From positions 256,001 to 320,000 of the forward strand of contig JANRKO010000006.1 of NCBI GenBank assembly GCA_033763455.1: a DNA stretch of 64,000 bases, written 5' to 3'. The translations under genes and the position numbers were made by a program. Below the pieces are notes generated by a model. It was given only the letters and a program-made list of their open reading frames with translations, was not told the DNA's origin and ran no database searches. Shown piece by piece: positions 19,260 to 29,422 of this stretch. Position 1 is the first letter of the stretch. Each line of letters opens with the position of its first letter. The DNA comes from Polyangiaceae bacterium (GTDB lineage Bacteria > Myxococcota_A > Polyangia > Polyangiales > Polyangiaceae).

Positions 19260-19853
19260 ATGCAGTCAGTGAGATTAGCAATCCGGATCTTGTTAGCCAT
19301 CTCGCTCGTTGGCTTAACGTCGTTGGCCGCGGCTTCTGACGCCGGCGAATTTGTGAAAGGCAAACAGGCTTCGCTGGTGACGCTGTTAAAACAGGCGGAA
19401 ACAGACAAGACGCAGAAGAAGATAGAAAGCGTGTTCGATGAGATGCTGGATTACGACACGCTCGCCGAGCAGTCGCTTGGGAAGCACTGGGCGGGGCTCA
19501 AGCCGGAAGAGCGCAGCGAGTTTCAAGACATCCTCAAGAAGCTGGTTCGCAATTCGTACCGCAAGAACCTCAAGAAGACGTTGGGTTACGACGTGAAGTT
19601 CAACGGGGAGAAGAAACAGGCGCCGGGGATCTTGGTGCAGAGCGTCGCCAAGAGCCGCAAAGACAAGCGCGCCGATCCCGTGCAGGTGGATTATCTGCTG
19701 CACAAGGTAAAAGGTGCCTGGCGGGTTAGAGACATCGTTACCGACAGGGCTAGCCTCGTCACGAATTATCGACAGCAGTTTAATCGCATCATTAAGAAAG
19801 ACGGTTTTCCCGCGTTGATCACCCGTATGAAAGCCAAGCTATCCGAGGCCTAG
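19260..19853 (+). CDS. MlaC/Ttg2D-family periplasmic lipid-binding protein
   Basis: Signal peptide, LDY..LA..SLG.HW and WRVRDIV....SLV.NYR.QF..II...G...LI..M. Confidence 0.88.
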   Translation: MQSVRLAIRILLAISLVGLTSLAAASDAGEFVKGKQASLVTLLKQAETDKTQKKIESVFDEMLDYDTLAEQSLGKHWAGLKPEERSEFQDILKKLVRNSYRKNLKKTLGYDVKFNGEKKQAPGILVQSVAKSRKDKRADPVQVDYLLHKVKGAWRVRDIVTDRASLVTNYRQQFNRIIKKDGFPALITRMKAKLSEA

Positions 19854-19892
19854 TCCGTAGGGCTCCGCCCTGGTAAGCTTTTCGCTCTAGAA

Positions 19893-21755
19893 GTGTCGAG
19901 CTTCCGATCCTCCAGCACACCACCTGAGCCAAGCCTGGCATCTTCGGCGACTGTTGGGGAGCAAGCGGAGCCCAAGAGTACGTTTCGGCTGGCCGTAAGT
20001 CGTGGTGCTCTTGGGCTTGAGCTTGCGGAGGCTGTGGTACTCGGCCCGCTCCGAATCCTTGAATTCAGTCTTACCTTCCCAGGCCTGCGTTACCCGCTCG
20101 ATTTGAGCGGAGGCGTTCAGCAGTTTCGGCACCGGCGTGGGGTAGTAGAGCGTCTCGTAGTTGAGCTGGACCCAGCGCTCGTGGGGCCATGGGTGGGGCG
20201 CTGGGTCGGCGATCTTTTGGGGCCGCTCGAACGGCCACCACGTGTGAGTATCACGGCGGATGCTCTTGAGTTTGGGTTCAACGGAGAGGCCTGTGCGCTC
20301 GCATTTGATCTCGTTTGGGTGCCAGAGGAAGCTGAGCCGCGCTTCATTGTTGATCACGTTCGAGGCATTGGCCTTTCCGGCCCGGCCCTCGGTTATGTGG
20401 AACGCGCGCTCGCCGCTGCATTAGGGGAGCTTTCGGAGCGTCGAGGTCGCGGTGTCGAGTTCAAAGATGGGCTGAAGCAACTGCTGCGGGCGTGGTTGCC
20501 ACCAAACGGGGTGCGGGTACCGGCCATTGTAGGCGGTGGCTTTGGGCCCGCCGCTGTCACTAAGCACCACTCACTGGTTATCACTTATGAGGCCTCTTTC
20601 ATTTCGAGCGAGCTGAGTAAACGAGCGCTCTTGGCCTCTGAATGGGCGAGCTTCCTCCGCGCGGGAGATGATTGGTTGCGCGCGGCTGAGCTCGGCCGCG
20701 CCCGGAATGCTTACGCAAGCTTGCTAGGTGAAGCCCCAAGGCACCCGGAACTTGTCCATTTGATTGCAGAAATTGACGCATTTTCAACTGCATCTCCGGA
20801 GGTGTTGCTTGGGATGTTACAGGAGCTCGGGTCGCTCTTGCCGAGCTCACCCGTGGCAGCCCGCCTTCTTGAGTTAGCAGGAGAGCGGGAGCAAGCGGTG
20901 CAAAGCTACACCGCCTTCGCGCGCATCGAAGCATTCGCTCCACTTGGCGCTCTCGCATTGTTAGAGGCCGCAAAGATCTCAGAGAACACTGGCATCCGAC
21001 ACTCGCTTTTGGATGAAGCTGTCGCCAGGTGTCCGACCTTCTTGAGGCTGCGTTGGGTCCGGCTGGAGGCGCGGATTAGGGCAGGGATGCTCACAGCGGC
21101 GCTGCTGGATGCCGAACAAATCGACGCACTAACCGTCGGTGCACCGGCGCGCGCAGCAGTTTGCCTGAGAGTGGCGCGCTTGTTTAGACACGAAGGGTTT
21201 CTGCAAGAGGCAGCGGTCTTCTTTGAGAGATCGCTGCGCTACGTTCCCGACAGCGTGCACGCCACGGCAGGCCTTGCCCGAACTCTGGGCTCCCTCGGTC
21301 GCGCTGGCCGCGCGATTAAGCTCTTGATGCGAGCGGTTTCGTTAGCGGAACAAAGGGGGCAGCCCGATTCAGAAGCGTGCTTGGATCTCGCTGTCCTTTT
21401 GGCAACTGAGCTCAAAGATTTGCCGCAAGCGATTGCGCGAGTACGGCAAGTGACTCACGAGTCAGGGCTTGTGCCGCGCGCGCGCTTTCTAGAGGGATCC
21501 TGGCGGGCTCAGTTGGGCGATAGGGTGGGAGCTTCCGCTGCCTTCGCTCGACTAACGGAGGCGCTTGAGCTGGCTCACGAACATGGGCCGGAAGTTGTGG
21601 GTTGGCTCCTGTATGCGGCCGAATTTGCCTCCGAACAGCTGGGAGAACCGGAGACTGCCGAACGCAGGCTTGCTCTCGCTCTCCGCTTGTTTCCAGAAGA
21701 CACGACGGCACGGCAAGCGTACGAACGCTTCGGTCGCACTCGCGGCAAGGCGTAG
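19893..21755 (+). CDS. Hypothetical protein with TPR-like helical C-terminal half
   Basis: 620-codon ORF filling the gap. TPR-like segments such as AAVFFERSLRYVPD and AERRLALALRLFPED. Confidence 0.7.
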   Translation: MSSFRSSSTPPEPSLASSATVGEQAEPKSTFRLAVSRGALGLELAEAVVLGPLRILEFSLTFPGLRYPLDLSGGVQQFRHRRGVVERLVVELDPALVGPWVGRWVGDLLGPLERPPRVSITADALEFGFNGEACALAFDLVWVPEEAEPRFIVDHVRGIGLSGPALGYVERALAAALGELSERRGRGVEFKDGLKQLLRAWLPPNGVRVPAIVGGGFGPAAVTKHHSLVITYEASFISSELSKRALLASEWASFLRAGDDWLRAAELGRARNAYASLLGEAPRHPELVHLIAEIDAFSTASPEVLLGMLQELGSLLPSSPVAARLLELAGEREQAVQSYTAFARIEAFAPLGALALLEAAKISENTGIRHSLLDEAVARCPTFLRLRWVRLEARIRAGMLTAALLDAEQIDALTVGAPARAAVCLRVARLFRHEGFLQEAAVFFERSLRYVPDSVHATAGLARTLGSLGRAGRAIKLLMRAVSLAEQRGQPDSEACLDLAVLLATELKDLPQAIARVRQVTHESGLVPRARFLEGSWRAQLGDRVGASAAFARLTEALELAHEHGPEVVGWLLYAAEFASEQLGEPETAERRLALALRLFPEDTTARQAYERFGRTRGKA

Positions 21756-21764
21756 CCCTGCTGT

Positions 21765-23183
21765 TCAAGCTGGGCGGCTAAAAGCGCTAACGCCAAAGGA
21801 GCCCACCGCCAATAGGCGCGTTAGCGCTTCGTCCCACGCCAGGCCGCGCACGCGATTGCGCAGGAATTCGCCGTTTGAATCCACGCTTGGCGCATTTGTA
21901 TCTTGGATACGTGCGATGCATTTTCCGGAGGTCAATTCTGGTGTGATCTGCCAAATCAAGCTTTCATCAATTCCGCTGTCGTGACAAGCCACCCACACCG
22001 CGGGGCGATCGTCGAGTAGTCCGACGACGGCTGCTGTGGGTGTCTGCAACCCTCGGCAGAGCGTAAAGGACCGTGCGCCATCACAAGATACGAAGACTCC
22101 AAGCTCAGTATCCCAAACCACCACTAGGTTCAGCAAAGCCTCAAGCTTCGGAGCTCGCGTTCGAGTGAACCTTTTGGCATCTTCAGGGTTGACCAAGACT
22201 CCGTGGGATTCAGGTGCGTCGGGCATCCAGGTGAAAACTTGGAGTGCGCCGTCTAACCAGCCGAGCCCCGTGAGGCCCAAGCCACTTGAGCAGACATCCA
22301 GCGCCTTAGGTTCTCGCTGTTGCGGGAGCCAGGTGGTCCCAAGATCTTGGCTGAGCCACATCGTGCCGTCGGAAAGCAGCCACAGATGCTCGGCCCCCGC
22401 GTTAGGGTACTTGCCAAGTTTGACGCTGCCCCCACCATTGCTCCCTGGAGGCCTTCCCAGCAACTCGGGCTGGCTGGCTCGCGCGTGCCGGCGGCCCAAA
22501 AATCCTCGATCCGTGAGGTAGACTGCGGTGTCGTGGCAGAGGGCGAGCTGGGCGATATTTCCCCCTTCCACACTGCATCGGATCTGGTTGTGTCCCAGCT
22601 CAGCGAGCCAAACTAAGTCCGGGCCGCCAGACACCCAGGCTACCTTGGAGCAATCCACAGCAGTGAAGGACTTGTCGTGAGAAAGTCGTTCTTCGTGCCA
22701 GAGGCTCGATTCCTCAGTGATAAGAGTGAATCTGTCGTCAATGGCGATATCTTGGAATTGCAAGGCGAGAGCCCCGTCGTCTGTTGCTTCAAAAGACGGC
22801 AACGAAAAATCTTCGATGAGCGTCTCGGTAGCAAGCTCGCGCTCATTAAGCGTTACCTCAGCGTCAAGGCCCGATAACAGGAGCCCGACGTCAGTTTCTG
22901 ACGGCAGAAGATCATCAGACGTTGACTCAAGGTGGCTTGTCTCATTGAGGAGGCTTGCCATATCGAAAGTAATGGCGGTGTCTTTTTCAGCGTCCAAAGG
23001 GAGTGTTGGCAGGCGGAGCTCAAAATCGACGTTGTTGGCATCGCCCACGGCACCCTCGTCCTCCCCGATATCCTCGAACGGGTGAAGTGGAACCTCCTCA
23101 TCCAGGAAGCCGTCTTCGTCGTCACTCCTGTGCTCGGCGTGCGGTGCGTTGGAGCCTTCTCTAGGGAAGTTTGAACACTTCAT
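21765..23183 (-). CDS. Hypothetical protein: acidic N-terminus plus probable beta-propeller with Asp-box motifs
   Basis: 472-codon ORF with a D/E-rich first third. WLSQDLGTTW and FVSCDGARSF resemble SxDxGxTW. Confidence 0.6.
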   Translation of the reverse strand: MKCSNFPREGSNAPHAEHRSDDEDGFLDEEVPLHPFEDIGEDEGAVGDANNVDFELRLPTLPLDAEKDTAITFDMASLLNETSHLESTSDDLLPSETDVGLLLSGLDAEVTLNERELATETLIEDFSLPSFEATDDGALALQFQDIAIDDRFTLITEESSLWHEERLSHDKSFTAVDCSKVAWVSGGPDLVWLAELGHNQIRCSVEGGNIAQLALCHDTAVYLTDRGFLGRRHARASQPELLGRPPGSNGGGSVKLGKYPNAGAEHLWLLSDGTMWLSQDLGTTWLPQQREPKALDVCSSGLGLTGLGWLDGALQVFTWMPDAPESHGVLVNPEDAKRFTRTRAPKLEALLNLVVVWDTELGVFVSCDGARSFTLCRGLQTPTAAVVGLLDDRPAVWVACHDSGIDESLIWQITPELTSGKCIARIQDTNAPSVDSNGEFLRNRVRGLAWDEALTRLLAVGSFGVSAFSRPA

Positions 23184-23283
23184 TGCTACCTCGCGGACTT
23201 CACTCAGGGTTTAGGAAAAGGAGTTTTGTTTCAGACAAATTCCTCTAGCACGTGTCATAGGGGTGATGTAGCTTCCGCCGGCT

Positions 23284-23523
23284 GTGCCCGAGGCCGCCTT
23301 GATTGACACTGACATGGTGACACACTCTGTACGTGTTGCCGCGCGTGACGTTGTGTACGTTAAGGGGTTGCTTGAGGCGAGCGAGGGGCTGGCGGCGGTA
23401 TTCGCTGTGAAGGGCGGGGACCTAACATTGGCGACATCTTGGTCACAAGATGCCGAACTCCGCGCGTTCATTTCGGATCTCAGTGAAGAGTTGGAGCTTC
23501 AGGTGGTGTCGAATGGCGGTTGA
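23284..23523 (+). CDS. Small DUF4911-like protein
   Basis: The VRVAARDVVYVKGLLEASEGLA pattern resembles DUF4911 (from recall). Overlaps the next gene. Confidence 0.65.
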   Translation: MPEAALIDTDMVTHSVRVAARDVVYVKGLLEASEGLAAVFAVKGGDLTLATSWSQDAELRAFISDLSEELELQVVSNGG

Positions 23524-24145
23524 GCCGGCTCCCGAAGAGCGTGCTGTCGCAGCTTGGTGTCAGTGGCTTGAGGCTTTGGCCACGGACGCGCAGGCGGCGC
23601 TTTCGGCGTCTCTGGCATACGAGCAGCTGGAGGGCAGCCTCCGGGATGGTTGGCTGGACGCCTTGATTCAAGATCGACACCGTATTCAGGTGCCGTTGAT
23701 TGCTGTTTACGCCCCGTTGCTGGCAGTGGAGAAAGATCCCGAAAGGCGCGCACGGATCCACGCGAGTATTGGTCCGGCAGAATGGGCCGTGCCGTGCGCC
23801 AGCGCTCGAGCCCTCTGGGGCCGCACCGCACAAAGTCGGCGCGTAGGGGTCATTATTTCCCCACTTTATCTGGATTTTGTTCAGGTCCTGTCCTGTAGCT
23901 GGCAAGCTAAGCAAGGGTTCGATTGGGTTCGCCACGAACCATTTCTCGAACGCACTCGTGCGCCTGGTCCAGGCAGCTTGTTCGAGGGAGTTCGACTGGA
24001 AAGCACGCCGCTTCGCGGAATGATAGATGAACTCTCGTACGCGATCTTGGCGCATCAGCGGCAGGGGTTGCCCTTGCCAGAAGAGTTACGCACTCATGCG
24101 TCCCTCTTTCATGCGCGCCCTGCATCCGCCGCACACGCGACGTGA
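23513..24145 (+). CDS. Hypothetical protein
   Basis: ORF from ATG 23513 overlaps both neighbours, as in an operon. Confidence 0.65.
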   Translation: MAVEPAPEERAVAAWCQWLEALATDAQAALSASLAYEQLEGSLRDGWLDALIQDRHRIQVPLIAVYAPLLAVEKDPERRARIHASIGPAEWAVPCASARALWGRTAQSRRVGVIISPLYLDFVQVLSCSWQAKQGFDWVRHEPFLERTRAPGPGSLFEGVRLESTPLRGMIDELSYAILAHQRQGLPLPEELRTHASLFHARPASAAHAT

Positions 24146-24669
24146 GACACTTACTAAGAATTTGTGCTTCCCTCCTTGTCGTTATGGCGACTGTGGCGAG
24201 CTGTAGCAGCCCGCCACCTGTCGTGGTTCCCAAGCAAAGTACTTTCGCCGGAAGCAAACCTATTCGCTTCTCCATGTTAACGCTTGATGGGGCTATCGTT
24301 TCCCGTGCCACACTGCCCCGAGCACCCCTGGCAATCTTGTTCGTAACAACCTTTGATGTTCCGTCGCAACTCGCGGCAAAGCGTCTCGCGGATGTCTCTG
24401 TGAAGATGGGCTGTGGGGCCCTCGGCATCGTGCTCGAACCCCCCGAAAATCGCATTCTGGCGGAAGCATTTGGGCGAGCCTTGCACCTGCCGTATCCTCT
24501 GGCGATGGCCGACGCCGAAATACTGAGAGGCGGCGGTCCGTTTGGTGGTGTCGTCGGAGTGCCCACGCTTCTGATCCTCGATCGGCGGGGGCGCATCGCG
24601 TACAGGAGCGAGGGGCTACCAAGTTCACAGCAAATAGCAAACGCATTTGGGTTTGCTGCTCGCCGTTAG
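24142..24669 (+). CDS. TlpA/thioredoxin-like lipoprotein lacking CXXC
   Basis: Lipobox VASC, F...TLDG, LFVTTFDVPS at the CXXC position and GVPTLLILDRRGRI cis-Pro loop. Confidence 0.72.
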   Translation: MRHLLRICASLLVVMATVASCSSPPPVVVPKQSTFAGSKPIRFSMLTLDGAIVSRATLPRAPLAILFVTTFDVPSQLAAKRLADVSVKMGCGALGIVLEPPENRILAEAFGRALHLPYPLAMADAEILRGGGPFGGVVGVPTLLILDRRGRIAYRSEGLPSSQQIANAFGFAARR

Positions 24670-24820
24670 CCTAAGCCTCTGGCATGCCCGTCCTCAGGCT
24701 GCGTTGTTGTAGGCCTGATGAGAATCGCGCGAAGGAAACCTGATGAAAGTCGGGGGGCGTTTCAGCGCTAACTGGATGTCGCCCTAAAGAGGTTGGGAAG
24801 CCGCGCTTCTTGAGCGCTAA

Positions 24821-25564
24821 CTACGTCGTGCCAAAGAGCTTGGTAAGGTCCAAATCTGCAATGATAGGCCGATGATCGGAGGCTTCCTTGGCCAGTCGCG
24901 TGGTGCACGTATGCCCCTTCACGACCTGCACGTTGCCGCGAACGAAGAGGCCATCTAGCGGGCGAAGTGGGACCGCAGCAGGAAACGTGTTGCTGAGGGC
25001 GCCCGCGCGCTCAAAGCCTTGGGGCAGTAGAAATCGGGGCCCAAGTGTTCCCCAAAGATCATTCAAGTCGCCACCTAGAACAATCGGCGTATTTTTGTGA
25101 ATTCCACGGAAGGGGTCACTCGCCAGGAAACGCTCTAGTTGACGTGCACGTTCGGATCCGGCGAGGCCCAGGTGCAGGTTATGGAGCATCACGCTTCGGG
25201 TATGTTCGCCATGCCGAACATGTGCGCGAGCCTGAATGGCACCGCGCTTTTTGCGCCAGCCGACCGTAAGGTCTACTTCTTCGATATCCCCCAATGGGAA
25301 GCGGCTAAGTATCAGATTCCCATAGCCGCCCATCGCAAATCGATGCTGGCGATTGAAAGCAACGTGGCACATGCCCGTGGCCTCCGAGAGCAATTGCACC
25401 TGGTCATCAAATCTATTGCGAGGCATGTGCTCGGTCACTTCTTGGAGCAGAGCTACGTCGGGCTGATGGTGTCGCAGAAGTTCCACGACACGCTCAGGCG
25501 CGTACCGTCGGTCCACTCCGCCAATGCCCTTGTGAATATTCCAGGTGATCACCCGCAGGCGCAT
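24821..25564 (-). CDS. Endonuclease/exonuclease/phosphatase-family protein
   Basis: MRLRVITWNIHKG, LLQEV, GNLILSR, NLHLGL, GGDLND and ASDHRP. Start set at ATG 25564. Confidence 0.92.
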   Translation of the reverse strand: MRLRVITWNIHKGIGGVDRRYAPERVVELLRHHQPDVALLQEVTEHMPRNRFDDQVQLLSEATGMCHVAFNRQHRFAMGGYGNLILSRFPLGDIEEVDLTVGWRKKRGAIQARAHVRHGEHTRSVMLHNLHLGLAGSERARQLERFLASDPFRGIHKNTPIVLGGDLNDLWGTLGPRFLLPQGFERAGALSNTFPAAVPLRPLDGLFVRGNVQVVKGHTCTTRLAKEASDHRPIIADLDLTKLFGTT

Positions 25565-25864
25565 TGCACAAAAATTGCCTCTTCTTGGCGCCGCTGTCAC
25601 TAGGCACGCGCGTTCCTGTTCCGAGAACTGTGCGCGAGCCGGCGATGTCGGCGCTAGCGCCGTGCGCCGCCCAGACCTTGCCGAGCCGTCGTAGAACCCG
25701 CCGACTCTGCGCAGAGAGCCCTCGGCACGGGCTAGCGAGGGCGTAACTACAGGCCTCTGGAGCGTTGAGCCTTCCCAGGCCCTTGACGAGGCGTCGAGCA
25801 GAGGGCTCGCTCTGCCCATGTCCGGGTGATATACGTAGGCCCCCTTAGAACTAGAGGATGACCC

Positions 25865-26422
25865 ATGATCGACGACGTTCTCGCTGAAGTGAAGCAGGCC
25901 GGCGAAAAGGCCAGAGAGGCCCTTAAACGCGAACTCTCAAAGCTGCGAACCGGACGGGCTCACGCGGGTATGTTGGACGGCCTGCGCGTGGACTATTACG
26001 GTGTCTCCACGCCGATCTCGCAGATGGCGTCGATTGGCGTGCCCGAAGCGCGGATGATCAGTGTAAAGCCTTGGGAGAAGAATCAAATGGCGGCTATCGA
26101 GCGAGCCATTCGGGAGAGTGATCTAGGCCTGAATCCACAAAATGATGGCGACGTGATCCGAATCCCAGTACCGGCCTTGAGCGAAGAACGCCGGCGAGAC
26201 CTGGTAAAGCTCGCCCGCAAGCACGGCGAAGACGCCAAGGTCGCCGTACGCAAGGGCCGCCACGAGGCACTCGATCTGCTCGCTGAGTTCAAAAAGGACG
26301 GCGAGGTAAGCGAAGATGAAGCGGAGCGCACCAAGAAGAAAGTGGAAGAGCTCGTCTCCGAAGCCACCACAAATATCGATCAGATTTTGCAGGCCAAAGA
26401 GAAGGAAATCCTCACCGTCTGA
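25865..26422 (+). CDS. frr: Ribosome recycling factor
   Basis: LRTGRA, VDYYG..TP, LGLNPQNDG.VIR..VP.L.EERR and KEKEIL. 185 aa. Confidence 0.97.
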   Translation: MIDDVLAEVKQAGEKAREALKRELSKLRTGRAHAGMLDGLRVDYYGVSTPISQMASIGVPEARMISVKPWEKNQMAAIERAIRESDLGLNPQNDGDVIRIPVPALSEERRRDLVKLARKHGEDAKVAVRKGRHEALDLLAEFKKDGEVSEDEAERTKKKVEELVSEATTNIDQILQAKEKEILTV

Positions 26423-26579
26423 CCCTTTGTGCCCGCGCCAGCGAATCGCTGGCCCTCCCGATCTTGACAAGCCCCGCGTAGCCCCCAAGAATTTCCTCCT
26501 TACCCATGCAGCTCCCAGAACAAAGAAAGCTTGCTCCCCCGGACCGGCTTTGGCTTTCGAGCTTTCATGCTGAGGCGGC

Positions 26580-27434
26580 GTGTCGATGAGGGCGGTAGCT
26601 GCAGGCGTTACAGATGTTGGCTTGCAGCGTGATCACAACGAGGACAGCTTCGCTATCCTAAGTGATGAGGAGCTGTTCATTGTTGCCGATGGCATGGGCG
26701 GGCACCGTGCCGGGGACATTGCCAGCCGGCTCGCCACCGAGGCCATTCGGGATTTCTTTCAAGTTACCGCCACCGAAGATGTCACGTGGCCCTTCCACTT
26801 TGATGCCCGTCTAACGGAAGAAGAGAACCGGTTAATGACGGGGATCCGGCTGGCGAATCGTCAGATCCTCGAACATAGCGTGCGTGTCCGCGAATGCCAG
26901 GGCATGGGCACCACGGTCGTAGGTGCGCTATTTAGCGCGAAGAAGCAGAAGATTTTCATCGGGCACGTGGGGGATAGCCGAGCGTATCGCATTCGCGGCG
27001 GGCAGATTGAGCAGCTCACTCGGGATCATTCGTTAGTTAACGATTATTTGCTGGCCATGCCAGACTTGAGTGAAGAGCAGCGGAGCGAGCTGCCGAAGAA
27101 TGTAATTACGCGTGCACTTGGCATGCAAGATCAGGTAACGGTGGATTTGCAGGGGCAGCCAGCTCTCGTCGGAGATCTCTACGTCCTGTGTTCGGATGGC
27201 TTGAGCGGAATGGTGGAGGACGAAGAGATCTTGCGAACCGTGCTGACGTATCCGGATCTTCAAGTCGCCTGCGAAAAGCTCATTGCTTTGGCAAATGAAC
27301 AAGGCGGAGAAGACAACATCACTGCTGTAGTGGTTCGCGTGGAAGGGGAGGCGCTCGGCCCTTTGGAGCGGGATCGGCCAACTGACGCCGCGGAATTGCG
27401 AAGCCCCACAGGGGCGCCAACTGGGCAGAACTAG
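26580..27434 (+). CDS. PP2C-type Ser/Thr protein phosphatase
   Basis: TDVG.QRDHNED, VADGMGGH, GMGTT, HVGDSRAY, TRDHS, LCSDGL and GG.DNIT. The start may be ATG 26586. Confidence 0.96.
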   Translation: MSMRAVAAGVTDVGLQRDHNEDSFAILSDEELFIVADGMGGHRAGDIASRLATEAIRDFFQVTATEDVTWPFHFDARLTEEENRLMTGIRLANRQILEHSVRVRECQGMGTTVVGALFSAKKQKIFIGHVGDSRAYRIRGGQIEQLTRDHSLVNDYLLAMPDLSEEQRSELPKNVITRALGMQDQVTVDLQGQPALVGDLYVLCSDGLSGMVEDEEILRTVLTYPDLQVACEKLIALANEQGGEDNITAVVVRVEGEALGPLERDRPTDAAELRSPTGAPTGQN

Positions 27435-27553
27435 GCCTGCCAAAGCCCGCGCCGGCAATCCTGCTTACGGGCGTCTGCCAGCCGTGGGGCACCGGGCAGC
27501 GCAGGGCAGCATGACCACCGATGTCACAATGGCGCCCGGCCCCGATCGGTACG

Positions 27554-28144
27554 TTACTTCGTGCAGTTCTTCAGGAGGATAAGCCCGTTGAGCACGTTAC
27601 AATTCGTGGTCATCGGATCGCCCTGATCGTGGATCGACGGGCAGGTGAATTCTGCAAACATCTCGCCTGGAGCGATGCGCAGGGTTTCGCCGGCCCCCGG
27701 CGCAGGTGCCGTTCGAATTGTGCAGGCTTCGACATTGACTTGATCGCCTGATGCTGAGGAAGCGAAGGTGGCACTGCCGGGTGGGATAGTGCCAACCCCA
27801 TTGGTGATCGACCCCTGTAGAAACACGCTACTTCCGGCATCTCCGGCACTGACATTGAAGTTATACGAGGAGCCATTCCCGCTGATGGTGCATTTCACCA
27901 CCGCTCCGCCAATCCCATTTTTGACTGGAACGCCTTCCGACTGCGCATTGCTTGGCACCTTGTCGCCAAAACTCACAAGACCTTGGCGCATGCAGGCCTT
28001 CCCGGGGATCGCCGCAATGTACGCCCTGAACGCGCCCTCAGCGGGTGCTTCCACGGGATCGCTGCAAGAAGCCACAGCAACTACTGACAACACAGACAAA
28101 CTTAGCGTCAAAACCCTCATTTTACCTAGGCTCCTTGTACTCAT
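27554..28144 (-). CDS. Hypothetical Cys-containing lipoprotein
   Basis: Signal peptide with lipobox VASC. Gly/Ser-rich beta-type mature region with six more Cys. Start is 28144 or 28120. Confidence 0.7.
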   Translation of the reverse strand: MSTRSLGKMRVLTLSLSVLSVVAVASCSDPVEAPAEGAFRAYIAAIPGKACMRQGLVSFGDKVPSNAQSEGVPVKNGIGGAVVKCTISGNGSSYNFNVSAGDAGSSVFLQGSITNGVGTIPPGSATFASSASGDQVNVEACTIRTAPAPGAGETLRIAPGEMFAEFTCPSIHDQGDPMTTNCNVLNGLILLKNCTK

Positions 28145-28226
28145 GCTTCCTCGGTGGCGTTCTACCACTACCGCAGCCGTTCTGTTCTGGAAAGTTGCGC
28201 GGCCCGGGGTTGGGTCGAATCGGGCG

Positions 28227-29381
28227 CTAGGCCAAGGCTTGTTCGAGATCGGCCCAAAGGTCTTTGGGTGCCTCAATACCGACGGAAAGGCGCACCAATC
28301 CATCGCTTATCCCAAGCCGGTCACGTTCGGCTTTTGGGATAGAAGCGTGGGTCATTGAGGCCGGATGCTCCGCAAGCGATTCCACAGCACCGAGGCTTTC
28401 CGCCAAAGTAAAAAGGCGCAGCTTCATTAGAAAATTCCTGGCCGGCTCGAGACCACCGCGAAGCTGCAAGCTGATCATCGCACCGGGCATGTTCATTTGT
28501 CGCGCGGCGAGCTCGTGATCTGGGTGGTCGGGCAGGCCCGGGTAGAAGACGTGTTCAACGCTGGGGTGCGCGGCAAGCTGAGTCCCGAGCTGCGCCGCGG
28601 TTTCGCAAGAGCGCCGGATACGTAGTGGTAGCGTCTTGATACCTCGCAAGGTCAGGTAACAATCGAACGGGCTTGGCACGGCTCCAAGCGCGTTCTGGGT
28701 CCACTTGAGTTGCTCGTAGAGGGTGGAATCATTGGTTAGCACCGCGCCGCCCACGACGTCCGAGTGCCCGTTGATGTACTTGGTAGTGGAGTGCACCACC
28801 GCGGTCGCACCGAGGCTTAGAGGCCGCTGAAGGATGGGCGTTGCGAAGGTGTTGTCGACCACGACGCGAACTCCGTACTTTGCGGCAACTGCAGACAGAA
28901 GCGTGATGTCGAAGACCTTGAGTGTAGGATTGGTGGGGGTTTCAAACCAAACTAAACGAGTGCTCGGTCGAAATGCGTTTTCGAAGGCACGAATGTCCCG
29001 CAGATCCAGGCGCGTAATCTCTAGGCGCTGCGTCTTTCGTGCGTGCTCAAGCAGGCGAAAAGTGCCGCCATATACATCATCTCCGCAGATGACGTGAGCT
29101 TCTGGTTGTAGCGTGGCAAGTACGTTCAATGTTGCCGCGCTGCCACTGGCAAACGCCAAGCCGAAATTTGCGCCTTCGAGGCTGGCTAAGGCTTGCTCCA
29201 GCGCTTCTCGTGTCGGGTTCCCGCTCCGCCCGTACTCGAAGCGAATGGGTCGCCCAGGCTCAGGTTGGCCGAAGGTTGTCGACAACACTATGGGCTCCGT
29301 TACCGCGCCGAGGAAAGGTTCCCGGCAGTCAGCGTGTACCGCTAGTGTCTCAAGATCCCACGAATCACGATCGATTGGCAT
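28227..29381 (-). CDS. Cystathionine gamma-lyase/gamma-synthase (Cys/Met metabolism PLP enzyme)
   Basis: YGRSGNPTR, DVYGGT, ETPTNP, VDNTF, HSTTKYINGHSD and LAESLG.VESL.EHP. Confidence 0.95.
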   Translation of the reverse strand: MPIDRDSWDLETLAVHADCREPFLGAVTEPIVLSTTFGQPEPGRPIRFEYGRSGNPTREALEQALASLEGANFGLAFASGSAATLNVLATLQPEAHVICGDDVYGGTFRLLEHARKTQRLEITRLDLRDIRAFENAFRPSTRLVWFETPTNPTLKVFDITLLSAVAAKYGVRVVVDNTFATPILQRPLSLGATAVVHSTTKYINGHSDVVGGAVLTNDSTLYEQLKWTQNALGAVPSPFDCYLTLRGIKTLPLRIRRSCETAAQLGTQLAAHPSVEHVFYPGLPDHPDHELAARQMNMPGAMISLQLRGGLEPARNFLMKLRLFTLAESLGAVESLAEHPASMTHASIPKAERDRLGISDGLVRLSVGIEAPKDLWADLEQALA

Positions 29382-29422
29382 AGTGGTTACGAATGCCCCC
29401 TATTGACGCTGTCTAGCGTGTT

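Noticed and set aside
24714..24765. CTGATGA...GAAAC resembling a hammerhead ribozyme core, with CCTGATGA repeated at 25-bp spacing
   Set aside because: Stem II does not close and no stem I partner follows a NUH site. It is more likely a simple hairpin between convergent genes.
25565..25864. Several short hairpins and the N-terminal ORF extension between the EEP gene and frr
   Set aside because: Stems of 6-7 bp are expected at this GC content, and the extension has no family similarity.
26464..26492. TTGACA-N17-AAGAAT upstream of the PP2C gene
   Set aside because: The -10 lacks the first conserved T. It is plausible but too weak to list as a feature.
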